This document shows, piece after piece, positions 19,595-31,837 of a stretch of DNA of 64,000 nt. Below the pieces are notes generated by a model that was given only the letters and a program-made list of their open reading frames with translations, was not told where the DNA came from and did no database searches. Both the position numbers and the translations under genes were made by a program. Each line of letters opens with the position of its first letter. The stretch's first letter is position 1. Source of the DNA: Nitrosomonas sp. (GTDB taxonomy: Bacteria > Pseudomonadota > Gammaproteobacteria > Burkholderiales > Nitrosomonadaceae); NCBI GenBank assembly GCA_020446045.1, contig JAGRFM010000074.1, positions 7,451 to 71,450 on the forward strand, written 5' to 3'.

Positions 19595-20549
19595 TTTTTT
19601 CCAGGATAACTTTCTTATTATTATTGATCACAACCAAATTCGGTGTTTGAGATTTTTGCTGTGTTATCTCACCAATAATAGTCAATGGCAATTGCAGTTC
19701 CCGCCCTAATAAAATAACAGCATCACGATTCATTTTGGGTGCTGTAAAACATAATTCATAATCATCCCCACCCGTCAAAATACACTCTATAGCTATCGAT
19801 GTTGATAAATATCGCTTCATAACTTCAGATACAGGTATCGTTGACAATTCTATAGTCGCTGCTTTTTCAGAACGCGCCAGAATATGGCCCAAGTCAGCCA
19901 TCAAGCCATCAGAAATATCGATGGCACTATTTGCCAAGCCTACCAAACGTTGTCCTAATTCAACACGTGCAATAGGCATATGTAATGCTGATTTACAATA
20001 AAATGCTTCATTATCATTGAGTTTAAAATTACGCAATTCATGCTTTAGCGCCAGTGCTGCATCACCCAAATAGCCCGAAACCCATATGTCATCGCCTAAC
20101 TGGGCACCATCACGTCTCAAACAGTATCCTTTTTCAACTTCTCCAATAATTTGAATGCTTATATTTAATGGACCGGATACCGTATCTCCACCGATTAGTT
20201 CAATCCGATACGTTTGCGCCAATTCACGAAACCCTTTTGAAAACTCGCTCAACCAACTTTCATGTTGATCAATTATCAACTGTGGTAAAGTCAGCGATAA
20301 AGTTACCCATTTTGGAATCGCTCCCATCGCGGCCATATCTGAAAGATTTACTGCCAAGGATTTAAAGCCTAGTTTATACGGATCTGCATTGTCAAAAAAA
20401 TGACGACCAACAACCAGTGAATCTGCAGAAATTGCTAATTCAACACCCTTCATCGGCGCAATAATTGCCGCATCATCTCCAATTCCCAGCACTACATTTT
20501 CAGTAGGCCAGTTAAAATATCGTTGAATGAGATCGAACTCTGAAAGCAC
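19569..20549 (-). CDS. thiL: thiamine-monophosphate kinase
   Basis: EFDLI, GIGDDAA, NLSDMAAMGA, GGDT, DISDGL, GGDDYELCFT. Confidence 0.96.
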   Translation of the reverse strand: MLSEFDLIQRYFNWPTENVVLGIGDDAAIIAPMKGVELAISADSLVVGRHFFDNADPYKLGFKSLAVNLSDMAAMGAIPKWVTLSLTLPQLIIDQHESWLSEFSKGFRELAQTYRIELIGGDTVSGPLNISIQIIGEVEKGYCLRRDGAQLGDDIWVSGYLGDAALALKHELRNFKLNDNEAFYCKSALHMPIARVELGQRLVGLANSAIDISDGLMADLGHILARSEKAATIELSTIPVSEVMKRYLSTSIAIECILTGGDDYELCFTAPKMNRDAVILLGRELQLPLTIIGEITQQKSQTPNLVVINNNKKVILEKNGYDHFVT

Positions 20550-20570
20550 TAGTTAACAAAACCACCTATT

Positions 20571-21041
20571 CTAAATCTGAGAAGCAATCTCAATTCCACG
20601 GTGTTTATTAGCAAGTTTGTCCAATACGCCATTGACAAACTTATACCCATCACTACCACCATAAACCCTGGCCAGTTCTATGGCCTCATTGATAATGGCA
20701 CGATAAGGTACATCGAGAAAATAGATAAGCTCATAGGTACTTAACAAAAGAATGCTATATTCTATAGGGCTTAACTCCTTAAGAGGCCGATCCAGATAAG
20801 GTTGTATCGTTTGTTCAAGCTGATCCACATTATCCAAAACACCGCTTAACAACTGAAAAAAGAAATCTTCATCAGCTCTGCAAAATTTTTCCGTTTCACG
20901 TAACTGCTTTTCAATATTATTCTTTGTATCATTAGTCAAACACCATTGATAAAGGCCCTGCAAAACAAGCTCACGTGAAACTCTGCGCTTACTTTTATAT
21001 TTTGCCGGTTTTTTCTGCATTGCTGCCGGTTTTTCAGTCAA
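20571..21041 (-). CDS. nusB: transcription antitermination factor NusB
   Basis: [32 protein letters not shown]. Confidence 0.96.
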   Translation of the reverse strand: MTEKPAAMQKKPAKYKSKRRVSRELVLQGLYQWCLTNDTKNNIEKQLRETEKFCRADEDFFFQLLSGVLDNVDQLEQTIQPYLDRPLKELSPIEYSILLLSTYELIYFLDVPYRAIINEAIELARVYGGSDGYKFVNGVLDKLANKHRGIEIASQI

Positions 21042-21519
21042 TTGAATTTTCTTCCAATTTTATTAGCAGATTTCCCATTTCAACAGCTACTCTTGCTGCA
21101 TCTTTCCCTTTTATCATCATGCGCTCAATTGCCTGACCCTCTGTATCTGTTGTCAAAACTCCATTAACAACAGGCACCCCTGTTTCCAGTTGTATTTGAC
21201 TAATACCCCTTGCAGACTCATTAGCGACAATCTCAAAATGGTAAGTATCTCCTCTTATAACTGAACCCAATGCTATTAAAACGTCAAACTGTCCACTGTC
21301 AACCATTTTTATCAGGGTTACAGGTATTTCCAATGCACCCGGTACAGTAACCAACAGGATATCATCTTCTTGCACATCGAGTTTTTTTAGTTCTTCCGTG
21401 CATGCACTTAACAGTCCCTCTCCAATATCAATATTAAAGCGACTCATTACAATACCGATACGTAAGCCGCCACCCAACTGATCCGGCTCAAATTCCTGAA
21501 TATTATCGTAATATCCCAT
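21034..21519 (-). CDS. ribH: 6,7-dimethyl-8-ribityllumazine synthase
   Basis: [30 protein letters not shown]; ATG 21519 has a GGAG RBS. Confidence 0.96.
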   Translation of the reverse strand: MGYYDNIQEFEPDQLGGGLRIGIVMSRFNIDIGEGLLSACTEELKKLDVQEDDILLVTVPGALEIPVTLIKMVDSGQFDVLIALGSVIRGDTYHFEIVANESARGISQIQLETGVPVVNGVLTTDTEGQAIERMMIKGKDAARVAVEMGNLLIKLEENSID

Positions 21520-21610
21520 CTTCGCTCCCAAAATTTCAATATTGAATTGTTTAAAACCACTGGTACTTTGTCAATTTGATATTGATAAAGTACTAGAATT
21601 GAATAAGCAA

Positions 21611-22720
21611 TTACTTTTCTATCTGACCATTGATATTCACGTAGTTTGTCACTTCCAAACCAAATCCCGTTACACTTGGCATTTTTCTTGGTGTAGCCAG
21701 CAATCGCATTTTACCAACATTTAGATCCTTCAGTATCTGCGCACCGATACCATGATCTCTTAAATCTGATTTTTGACGGTTTACTAAATCAGAATGTTTT
21801 AATTGGATTCTTTCTATCAATTTTTCGGAACTTTCATTGCGATGCAAAAAAACAATAACACCGCTTTCAGCCTGTGAAACCATTCGCATTGCATCATGAA
21901 TACTCCAGGAATGTGTATCGTCTTTAACATCCAATAAATCGATGACAGACAACGGTTCATGAACGCGCACCAACGTTTCAGTTTCTGGATTAATTATGCC
22001 TTTTACCAAAGCCAGATGAATCGTTTGTGCAATCTCATCGCGATACGCAAATAACTGGAATTCACCATGAACTGTCTGAATATTACGTTCAATAACACGT
22101 GTAACCAAACTTTCGTTAAGACTGCGATAATGAATCAAATCTGCAATCGTACCGATTTTTAAATGATGTTTTTTTGCAAAAATCTTTAAATCGGGTAATC
22201 TGGCCATACTGCCATCTTCTTTAAGAATTTCACAAATCACTGCTGCTGCTGTCAATCCCGCCATACGTGCCAAGTCGCTACCTGCTTCAGTATGACCGGC
22301 ACGAACCAGAACTCCACCATTTTGCGCCATTAGAGGAAAAATATGTCCTGGTTGAACGACATCATCAGCCTTGGCATCTTCTTTCACAGCCGCCCGTATG
22401 GTTATAGCCCTGTCGGCAGCAGATATTCCTGTTGTAACACCCTCTGCAGCTTCAATGGATACCGTAAAATTAGTTCCTAATGGGGATTGATTCGATGTAA
22501 CCATTAAAGGAAGATTTAATTGTCTACAACGAGCTTCAGTCAACGTTAAACAGATCAGGCCGCGTCCATGCGTAGCCATAAAATTAATAGCCTCCGGCGT
22601 AACAAAATCCGCTGCAAGTACTAGATCTCCTTCATTTTCACGATCCTCTTCATCTACCAAAATAACCATTTTTCCGGCTTTTAACTCGGCAATGATTTCT
22701 TGTATGGAACAAATACTCAT
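21611..22720 (-). CDS. ribB: 3,4-dihydroxy-2-butanone-4-phosphate synthase with degenerate GTP cyclohydrolase II-like domain (RibBX type)
   Basis: [21 protein letters not shown] and VICEI motifs; the C-terminal domain lacks the Zn-binding Cys cluster after RVH. Confidence 0.92.
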   Translation of the reverse strand: MSICSIQEIIAELKAGKMVILVDEEDRENEGDLVLAADFVTPEAINFMATHGRGLICLTLTEARCRQLNLPLMVTSNQSPLGTNFTVSIEAAEGVTTGISAADRAITIRAAVKEDAKADDVVQPGHIFPLMAQNGGVLVRAGHTEAGSDLARMAGLTAAAVICEILKEDGSMARLPDLKIFAKKHHLKIGTIADLIHYRSLNESLVTRVIERNIQTVHGEFQLFAYRDEIAQTIHLALVKGIINPETETLVRVHEPLSVIDLLDVKDDTHSWSIHDAMRMVSQAESGVIVFLHRNESSEKLIERIQLKHSDLVNRQKSDLRDHGIGAQILKDLNVGKMRLLATPRKMPSVTGFGLEVTNYVNINGQIEK

Positions 22721-22722
22721 AC

Positions 22723-23331
22723 TTATGCTACCGAACCATGCATAAGATTTTCTACGTAGCGTGCCAACATATCTACTTCCAGATTTACCGGTAATCCGGT
22801 TTTAAGTTCACAAAGATTGGTCATGGCTAGTGTATGAGGAATCAGATTGATGGTAAATTCATCACCGATAATTTCATTCACTGTCAAACTGACACCATTG
22901 ACTGTTATCGAACCTTTACAGACAATATACCGCATTAATCGCCTCGGACAACGGATTGTCAGAAGATAATTCTCTCCGGAAGGCTCATATCGTGTTACTT
23001 CACCGGTTGTATCGACGTGACCACTGACCAAATGTCCTCCTAGCCGGTCTGATAAACGCAATGCTTTTTCCAGGTTAACTGCTTGACCAATTCGATCCAA
23101 TCCCCAAACACATTTAAGTGTTTCGGGTGATACATCAACGGTAAAAAACTGATTTTGAATTGAAGTCACTGTCAAGCAGACTCCATTAATTGAAATACTG
23201 TCTCCTATCGAAACATCAGCCATGTCCAATAACCCTGGTGAAATACTCAATTTATATCCCAAATTAGGGTCTTCATTTAAAGTTTTAATTTGAATAACTT
23301 CACCTACTGCCTGAATGATCCCTGTAAACAT
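22723..23331 (-). CDS. ribE: riboflavin synthase alpha chain
   Basis: N-terminal [43 protein letters not shown]. Confidence 0.96.
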   Translation of the reverse strand: MFTGIIQAVGEVIQIKTLNEDPNLGYKLSISPGLLDMADVSIGDSISINGVCLTVTSIQNQFFTVDVSPETLKCVWGLDRIGQAVNLEKALRLSDRLGGHLVSGHVDTTGEVTRYEPSGENYLLTIRCPRRLMRYIVCKGSITVNGVSLTVNEIIGDEFTINLIPHTLAMTNLCELKTGLPVNLEVDMLARYVENLMHGSVA

Positions 23332-23372
23332 TTTTTGTAGCAATAAAATTTATTGAAGTTGTAATATTAATT

Positions 23373-24722
23373 TTAAGAATTATCAGTTGTCACGTTTTTC
23401 AGAATTTCATAATAAGCTCTTACCGATTCGGTTAACGTAACCGCTTCTGATCCCCTAGCATGGCCGTATTTAATAGAACCGGAGTAATGTTTTTTATTCA
23501 AAAGTGGCAAAGTTTTTTTTAAGTCGATCCATAAGTTTGGATTCAACTTAAAGCGATGAGCCAATGAACGTGCATCAATAATACGTCCATAACCCTGATT
23601 ATAAGCAGCTAAAGCAATCCATGTTCTATCTGGTTCCGAAACTGTTTCCGGTAATTTCTCTTTTAGTAATTGCAGATATTTTGCTCCGGCAAGTATATTC
23701 TGTTTTGTATCCGTTGGATTTTTTACTTTCAGGTGATTGATTGTTTCCTGCGTCAGCATCATTATGCCACGTACACCTGTTGGTGATTTTGCCTTTGGGT
23801 TCCAATGTGATTCCTGATATGCCAGTGCGGCAATTAAACGCCAGTCTATCCCTGTTAATTTCTCTGCTTGATTAAAAAAACGTTGTAAATTTGGTAGCGT
23901 AGTTTCGATTTTTTTCTTGAAAAAATAGATATCTCCCGGACTGAGTCGATGATAGTGACCGTTATAGCTATCCAGCAAACTTCCTAAAACACCATCTTGC
24001 AATATCCGTTCGAAAAAAGTATCGGTTTTATCAATAAGTGCTTTTTCTGTATATTTTGGAAAAATCCATCGACTCACTGAAGTATCCAGTTCAAAAGCAC
24101 CTTTGATACGTGGATAAAAATGACTTGCCTTTTTAATTTGTAATGAATCAGCAACAGTGTAACCAATCTCTCCCTGATTCAACTTAGTCAGTAGATCCAC
24201 ACTGGATTGTGATACGGAAACCCAGTTTAATTCAGCAATTATCTGTTTTTTCTTAATCAACTGCTTTTCATGAGTCGAACCAACTGGAACTTCTATTTCT
24301 TTTCCAATTAATTGATTCATATCCTTCGGTTCTGGATAATTGATATTAAAAGCAATCTGATGATGCGCATGTAAGTAAACAGGACCGAGTCTGAAATTAG
24401 AGGTATATTGGTCCGTAATATCCAAACCGACAGCCAGATGAGCCTGGTTTTTCTTTAACGCTTCTAATGCATCTGAAGTATGGTTGAAAATGATAAAACG
24501 AATATCAAGACCAAGATCACTGGCAAATTCATTAATCAGATCATAAGTAATGCCAGAAAAATTTCCTTCAATATCCCGATAAAAATTATCGGTATATTGA
24601 ACCGTTATGACAACCAGCTCATTTGACATTGCCAATGATGGCACCGGTTTCTCAGAAAAACCGCATCCGGATATAAAAGTACCAACAATTATGAATATAA
24701 CAATTCTGGATACTACACCCAT
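23373..24722 (-). CDS. mltF: membrane-bound lytic murein transglycosylase F
   Basis: N-terminal solute-binding-like domain plus SLT domain (AYQESHWNP, SPTGVRGIMMLT, AAYNQG). Confidence 0.9.
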   Translation of the reverse strand: MGVVSRIVIFIIVGTFISGCGFSEKPVPSLAMSNELVVITVQYTDNFYRDIEGNFSGITYDLINEFASDLGLDIRFIIFNHTSDALEALKKNQAHLAVGLDITDQYTSNFRLGPVYLHAHHQIAFNINYPEPKDMNQLIGKEIEVPVGSTHEKQLIKKKQIIAELNWVSVSQSSVDLLTKLNQGEIGYTVADSLQIKKASHFYPRIKGAFELDTSVSRWIFPKYTEKALIDKTDTFFERILQDGVLGSLLDSYNGHYHRLSPGDIYFFKKKIETTLPNLQRFFNQAEKLTGIDWRLIAALAYQESHWNPKAKSPTGVRGIMMLTQETINHLKVKNPTDTKQNILAGAKYLQLLKEKLPETVSEPDRTWIALAAYNQGYGRIIDARSLAHRFKLNPNLWIDLKKTLPLLNKKHYSGSIKYGHARGSEAVTLTESVRAYYEILKNVTTDNS

Positions 24723-24836
24723 ATAATGAATCGCTTACTATTCATATTGGATTATCGAAGAAATGTAAAAGTGGAATGCCATATTTTGGAATTTTATACC
24801 GTCAGCGTATTTTCTATCTCTTATAAACGGAAAATA

Positions 24837-24913
24837 TGGCGCGCCCAACACGATTCGAACGTGTGACCCCCGCCTTCGGAGAGCGGTACTCTATCCATCT
24901 GAGCTATGGGCGC
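24837..24913 (-). tRNA. tRNA-Arg(CCG)
   Basis: Minus strand reads GCGCCCATAGCTCAGATGGATAGAGTACCGCTCTCCGAAGGCGGGGGTCACACGTTCGAATCGTGTTGGGCGCGCCA: 7-bp acceptor stem, anticodon loop CTCCGAA, TTCGAAT loop, encoded CCA. Confidence 0.97.
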
Positions 24914-25111
24914 GTATGTCATTTTATAATTCTGCCTAAATGCGGCGACAGCATAACTTTTTTTAATAAAAACGTCCAATGCGTTTTTTTTACATAGATT
25001 ACAAAAATGAAATGATATACTTCAAAATACAAATAAAACAATGACCAATATAATACTACATACTCATTATTGTCTTTTAAAAGTTGCAATAATCAAAGAG
25101 GAGGAAATGAA

Positions 25112-25543
25112 ATGATCTGGAATATTTTACAACCAATCATTGGCCCAATTGTTGAAAAACTGGTTGATCGAATCCCAAATCCAAATGAACGTGCAAAAGC
25201 TAAAGAACAATTTGAATCCGATCTTATGAATGCAGTCATGGACGCTTCAACCCAACAAAATAAAATTAACGCTATTGAAGCAGCACATAAAAGTGTATTT
25301 GTTGCCGGCTGGCGCCCTTTTATAGGCTGGATTTGCGGTATTGGGCTGTGTTGGGCATTTGTGCTTCAACCCATGGCCGCCTGGATTTTCGCCGCATTTT
25401 TACCAGATTTTCCACATCCACCGCAGATACAAACCGATGGCCTTTATCAACTCGTTCTAGCGATGCTCGGTATGGGTGGATTAAGAACGTTTGAAAAACT
25501 GCGCGGTGTATCAAGAGAAACAAGTCCTGGTAAAAGCAAGTAA
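25112..25543 (+). CDS. 3-TM holin-family protein (DUF3154-like)
   Basis: GAGGAGG RBS; INAIEAAHKSVFVAGWRPFIGW and LAMLGMGGLRTFEKLRGV are the signature motifs of the 'holin of 3TMs' family. Confidence 0.8.
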   Translation: MIWNILQPIIGPIVEKLVDRIPNPNERAKAKEQFESDLMNAVMDASTQQNKINAIEAAHKSVFVAGWRPFIGWICGIGLCWAFVLQPMAAWIFAAFLPDFPHPPQIQTDGLYQLVLAMLGMGGLRTFEKLRGVSRETSPGKSK

Positions 25544-25574
25544 CTTTAAAAAAACCAAAAGCATGTCAAACAAC

Positions 25575-25602
25575 TCCGGTTATGGCAACAACCATAACCG
25601 GA
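25575..25602. terminator. hairpin between convergent holin and gyrB genes
   Basis: TCCGGTTATGG-caacaa-CCATAACCGGA, a perfect 11-bp stem. Confidence 0.65.
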
Positions 25603-25628
25603 TATATCAATAATATGAAATGATAGTT

Positions 25629-28061
<2,433 letters not shown>

Positions 28062-28075
28062 TTATAAAAATTTGA

Positions 28076-29194
28076 TCAGATTTTAATGGGCATAATGACA
28101 TAGCTAAAATCATTTCGGTCCGGAATCGTAATTAAAACACTATCCGATGCCCCAGCCAGTGAAAAGCGAAAGGTTTCAACGGTTACATGATTGAGCAGAT
28201 CTAAAAGATGTGGCAATTTTAAACAGATCTCTGTAGTATCGCCATCATAGTTGACTGATAGCTCTTCAACAGCTTCCTCTTGTTCTGTATTTTTACTGAT
28301 AATACGTAAATTTCCATTTTCAATTATCAAGTTAACACCGCGAAATAATTCATTCGGATTCGACAAAATTGCAACGCGTTGCAATGCATGTAGGAGATCC
28401 AGTCGATTGAGTTCTAATTGCTTTGTATTCTGAGTCGGAATGGCCCTGCTGTAATTGAGATATTGACCATCGATAATTCTTGAAATAAAAACAATATTAG
28501 CGAAGGTAAATCTGACTTTCTTAGGATAAAACTCTATTTTAACTGTTTCATCCGTTTCATTCAGAAGCTTTAATAACTCTTGAACAGTTTTACGCGGCAA
28601 AATCGCTTCGTGGGATGCACCTTCATCGGCTAATGCTGATGCTGTAGCCAAAGCAAGCCGATGTGTATCGGTACCAACTGTTTTTAATGTGCTTTGGTTG
28701 ACTGATAATAATACACCATTTAAGTAATATCGTAGATCTTGGTCTGCAATGGCATACTGAACATAGCTTAGTAACTGTTTCAAAACATTTTGTGTCAACG
28801 TGATTTCCGCCAAGCAGACATCATCTTCCGTCATGCGTGGGAAATCATCTGAAGGTAAAGTATGTAAACTAAATCGATTTCTCGTTGTTTTTATCAGTAT
28901 TTTTTCATCTTCTCTATGCAAAGATATTTCGGTTTCCTGATCGAGAGCACGCAATATATCCTGAAATTTTCGCGCAGATACCGTCAATGAAAAATTTTTA
29001 CTGTTGCCTTCATGTAGTTCTGCCGTTGCTGTGATTTGCATTTCCTTATCCGAAGCCAAAAAAATTATCTGATTGGCATTCTTTTCAAAAATCACATTTG
29101 CAAGAATGGGTAGGGTCTGTTTTCTTTCGACAATACCGGTAACCATTTGCAATGGTTTAAGCAAATTATCCCGAATAGTTTTTATTAATAACAT
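28076..29194 (-). CDS. dnaN: DNA polymerase III beta clamp
   Basis: VERKQTLPILAN, DLRYYLNG, GTDTHRLA, YVIMPIKI; located between dnaA and gyrB. Confidence 0.97.
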   Translation of the reverse strand: MLLIKTIRDNLLKPLQMVTGIVERKQTLPILANVIFEKNANQIIFLASDKEMQITATAELHEGNSKNFSLTVSARKFQDILRALDQETEISLHREDEKILIKTTRNRFSLHTLPSDDFPRMTEDDVCLAEITLTQNVLKQLLSYVQYAIADQDLRYYLNGVLLSVNQSTLKTVGTDTHRLALATASALADEGASHEAILPRKTVQELLKLLNETDETVKIEFYPKKVRFTFANIVFISRIIDGQYLNYSRAIPTQNTKQLELNRLDLLHALQRVAILSNPNELFRGVNLIIENGNLRIISKNTEQEEAVEELSVNYDGDTTEICLKLPHLLDLLNHVTVETFRFSLAGASDSVLITIPDRNDFSYVIMPIKI

Positions 29195-29408
29195 TTAAAT
29201 AAAAAAATAGTAAAACTAATAATATATATATAAAACTGTGTGTAAGTGATTTTTTATATGATTAATCAGATAATTAATGTTTAATTCTAAACTGTATAAG
29301 TACTCGAAATCCAGTGAATATTTTGTGGATAAAATTTACCGGGCTTTGTTTTTCATCAGTTATACACAATTTATTATCTTGTTTTCCACAGATTTTATAA
29401 TCTTCTGT
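29195..29408. promoter_or_regulatory. probable oriC (DnaA boxes plus AT-rich unwinding element)
   Basis: Consensus DnaA boxes TGTGGATAA (29324-32), TTATACACA (29360-68) and TTTTCCACA (29382-90); near-consensus TGTGTGTAA (29237-45); very AT-rich 29195-29235 with trio-like TAG TAA AAC TAA TAA. Confidence 0.8.
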
Positions 29409-30809
29409 TTAACCTCTTAGAATGTGAATCAGCGCATTGTAATCGCGATTGATTTCAGGGTCGGTTGCGCGCAATTCATTTATTTTCTTATGACCGTGCA
29501 GAACTGTGGTGTGATCTCTGCCGCCAAATGCTTCGCCAATATCAGGCAAGCTCAGTGTGGTCAATTCTTTGGCAATTGCCATGGCCATTTGCCGAGGCCT
29601 TGCGATAATACGAGATCTTTTTTTTGAATACATTTCAGAAACTTTTATCTTGTAATAATCTGCCACAGTTTTTTGAATGTTTTCAACGGAAATTTGTCTG
29701 TTTTGTACGGCAAGTAGATCTTTTAAAGCTTCTTTTGCAATGTCTAGGGTAATTTCCTGTCTGATAAAACGAGAATAGGCCATTATGCGTTTAAGTGCGC
29801 CTTCTAATTCCCGAACATTAGAACGTATATGCTTGGCGATGAAAAAAGCAACATTTTCATCCAGTTTTATTTTTTCCTGTTCAGCTTTTTTAATTAAAAT
29901 GGCAACCCGCATTTCAAGTTCTGGCGGTTCTATCGCTACGGTCAACCCCCAACCGAAGCGTGATACCAGTCTTTCTTCAAGCCCCGAAATTTCTTTCGGA
30001 TACGAATCGCAGGTGATAATTACCTGCTTATGCGCTTCTATTAATGCATTGAATGCGTAAAAGAATTCCTCTTGTGTTCTATTTTTTCCGCCGAAAAACT
30101 GTACATCATCGACCAGCAGGAGATCCAGTGTATGGTAGTAAAGCTTGAATTGATCAAAGGACTTATGCTGATAGGCGTTAACGACATCGGAAACATATTT
30201 TTCAGCGTGGACATAGCGAATTTTAGCGTTTTCATTGTTGTTTAAAACATAATTGCCAATCGCCTGAATGAGATGGGTTTTGCCTAATCCCACGCCACCG
30301 TAGATAAATAACGGATTATAGGCAATACCGGGGGATTCCGCCACTTGTATAGCACCAGCCCGAGCCAGCTGGTTTGCTCTTCCGGTTACAAAGTTCTCAA
30401 ATGTAAAGCTGGAGTTAAGCTGGTTGGCTTGTCTCTTGTTCGAACTGGTTTTTATTACAGGTTTGTGCGCTGTTTTTTTCTGATCAGCTTTTGGTTTAGA
30501 TTGAGCTTTTTCTGTTTTGTTTTTTTCGGTTTCCGTTGTTAATTCGTCTGTTGTATCCGCGATTTTTAAATGGAGCGTAATTTCTTTGGCAAAATACAAT
30601 TCAGCCATTTTTTTAATGCGTAAAACAAAATTTTCTTGTATCCACTGTAAAACAAAGCGATTGGGTGCTATGAGCGTGATATTCGTTTCATTATCTGATT
30701 GTTTGCCTTTTAAATGAAGTGGTTTTATCCAGGTGTTGAATTGCTGAGTGTTCAATTCGTCTTTGAATTGATTGAGGCAATCTTGCCAGAAGATATCGAA
30801 TGACAACAT
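29409..30809 (-). CDS. dnaA: chromosomal replication initiator DnaA
   Basis: YNPLFIYGGVGLGKTHL, LLVDDVQF, SNVRELEGAL, GGRDHTTVLH. Confidence 0.99.
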   Translation of the reverse strand: MLSFDIFWQDCLNQFKDELNTQQFNTWIKPLHLKGKQSDNETNITLIAPNRFVLQWIQENFVLRIKKMAELYFAKEITLHLKIADTTDELTTETEKNKTEKAQSKPKADQKKTAHKPVIKTSSNKRQANQLNSSFTFENFVTGRANQLARAGAIQVAESPGIAYNPLFIYGGVGLGKTHLIQAIGNYVLNNNENAKIRYVHAEKYVSDVVNAYQHKSFDQFKLYYHTLDLLLVDDVQFFGGKNRTQEEFFYAFNALIEAHKQVIITCDSYPKEISGLEERLVSRFGWGLTVAIEPPELEMRVAILIKKAEQEKIKLDENVAFFIAKHIRSNVRELEGALKRIMAYSRFIRQEITLDIAKEALKDLLAVQNRQISVENIQKTVADYYKIKVSEMYSKKRSRIIARPRQMAMAIAKELTTLSLPDIGEAFGGRDHTTVLHGHKKINELRATDPEINRDYNALIHILRG

Positions 30810-30832
30810 AATTCAGCAATAAGAATTTATAT

Positions 30833-30967
30833 TTAGAAGAAAAATAGGGGTTGTTCTTCGAACAAAATTGTCGGCGTTTTTGTACCTTGAATATGCCTTG
30901 GCATGTCCTGCGGAACAAAAACTTGATCCTTTTGCCCGATAAGCAAATAGAATTGTTCATAACTCAT
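30833..30967 (-). CDS. putative 44-aa small ORF between panC and dnaA
   Basis: AGGGGGT SD-like element upstream of ATG; MSYEQFYLLIGQKDQVFVPQDMPRHIQGTKTPTILFEEQPLFFF*; no recognisable homology. Confidence 0.3.
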   Translation of the reverse strand: MSYEQFYLLIGQKDQVFVPQDMPRHIQGTKTPTILFEEQPLFFF

Positions 30968-30989
30968 GACGACACCCCCTAACAGAAAA

Positions 30990-31823
30990 TCATTTTTGGT
31001 TTACTTCTATATTGTCGATTAGTCTAGTGTGTCCTATTCGGGCTGCTGCAACAACAACAAGTTCTTTATCTTCAGTTTTTGCCTGGGTTAGTGAAGCTTG
31101 GTTGAGTATTGCAACATAGTCAACCGACCAGCCTTTCATCCGTAGACTGTCAAACGCATTTTTTTCCAACCTTGAATAATTGGTCTGTCCGGCGTTCAAA
31201 TCGCTTTTAATCGTACTTAATGTCTGAAATAATTGATTTGCTTCTATCTGTTGTGAAGCATTCAGGTACTGATTGCGCGAACTTAAAGCCAGACCGTCAG
31301 AAGTACGTACCGTTTCAACATCCAGAATGTCTATTGGCAGATTAAACTGTTGAACCAATAATCGAACAATATGTAATTGCTGATAATCTTTTTTTCCGAA
31401 AATAGCAATATTGGGTTGTACGATATTAAATAATTTTAAAACGATAGTTGCAACACCGCGGAAAAAGCCGGGACGGTAAGCACCTTCATACTGATCTGCA
31501 ATAGGTGGTAATAGTACCAAGATTTCCTGTTCTACTGGAAAAAGAATTTTATTCTCGGGTGTGAAAACAATATCAACATTCAGATTTTTCAGCAGTTCAC
31601 AGTCAGCTATAAGGGTGCGTGGATATTGGTCAAAGTCCTCATTCGGACTAAATTGCAGGGGATTGACAAAAATACTGACAACGACACAATCAGCATGTCT
31701 TTTTGCTTTTTCTACCAGTGCCAAATGGCCTTCATGGAGATTACCCATAGTCGGTACAAAAGCTATATTTTTTCGGTTTTCAAGCTCTGCCCGTAATTCC
31801 GGTATAGCGTTAATAATTTTCAA
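30990..31823 (-). CDS. panC: pantoate-beta-alanine ligase
   Basis: FVPTMGNLHEGH, SIFVNPLQF, FGKKDYQQ, DGLALSSRN, RLIDN. Confidence 0.97.
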   Translation of the reverse strand: MKIINAIPELRAELENRKNIAFVPTMGNLHEGHLALVEKAKRHADCVVVSIFVNPLQFSPNEDFDQYPRTLIADCELLKNLNVDIVFTPENKILFPVEQEILVLLPPIADQYEGAYRPGFFRGVATIVLKLFNIVQPNIAIFGKKDYQQLHIVRLLVQQFNLPIDILDVETVRTSDGLALSSRNQYLNASQQIEANQLFQTLSTIKSDLNAGQTNYSRLEKNAFDSLRMKGWSVDYVAILNQASLTQAKTEDKELVVVAAARIGHTRLIDNIEVNQK

Positions 31824-31837
31824 TTTTTGTGAAAAAA

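Noticed and set aside
20967-20982. parS-like TCACGTGAAAC inside nusB
   Set aside because: Only a half-site plus centre (5 of 16 mismatches), explained by the conserved RVSRE codons.
23332-23372. FMN riboswitch upstream of the rib genes
   Set aside because: The gap to mltF is too short and shows no RFN motif.
24723-25628. Prophage or att site at tRNA-Arg
   Set aside because: No integrase and no duplicated tRNA 3' end seen; the holin lies on the 5' side of the tRNA.
30691-30960. 89-aa minus-strand ORF overlapping the dnaA start, considered as rpmH or DciA
   Set aside because: No L34 or DciA motif; it overlaps dnaA out of frame and lacks an RBS.
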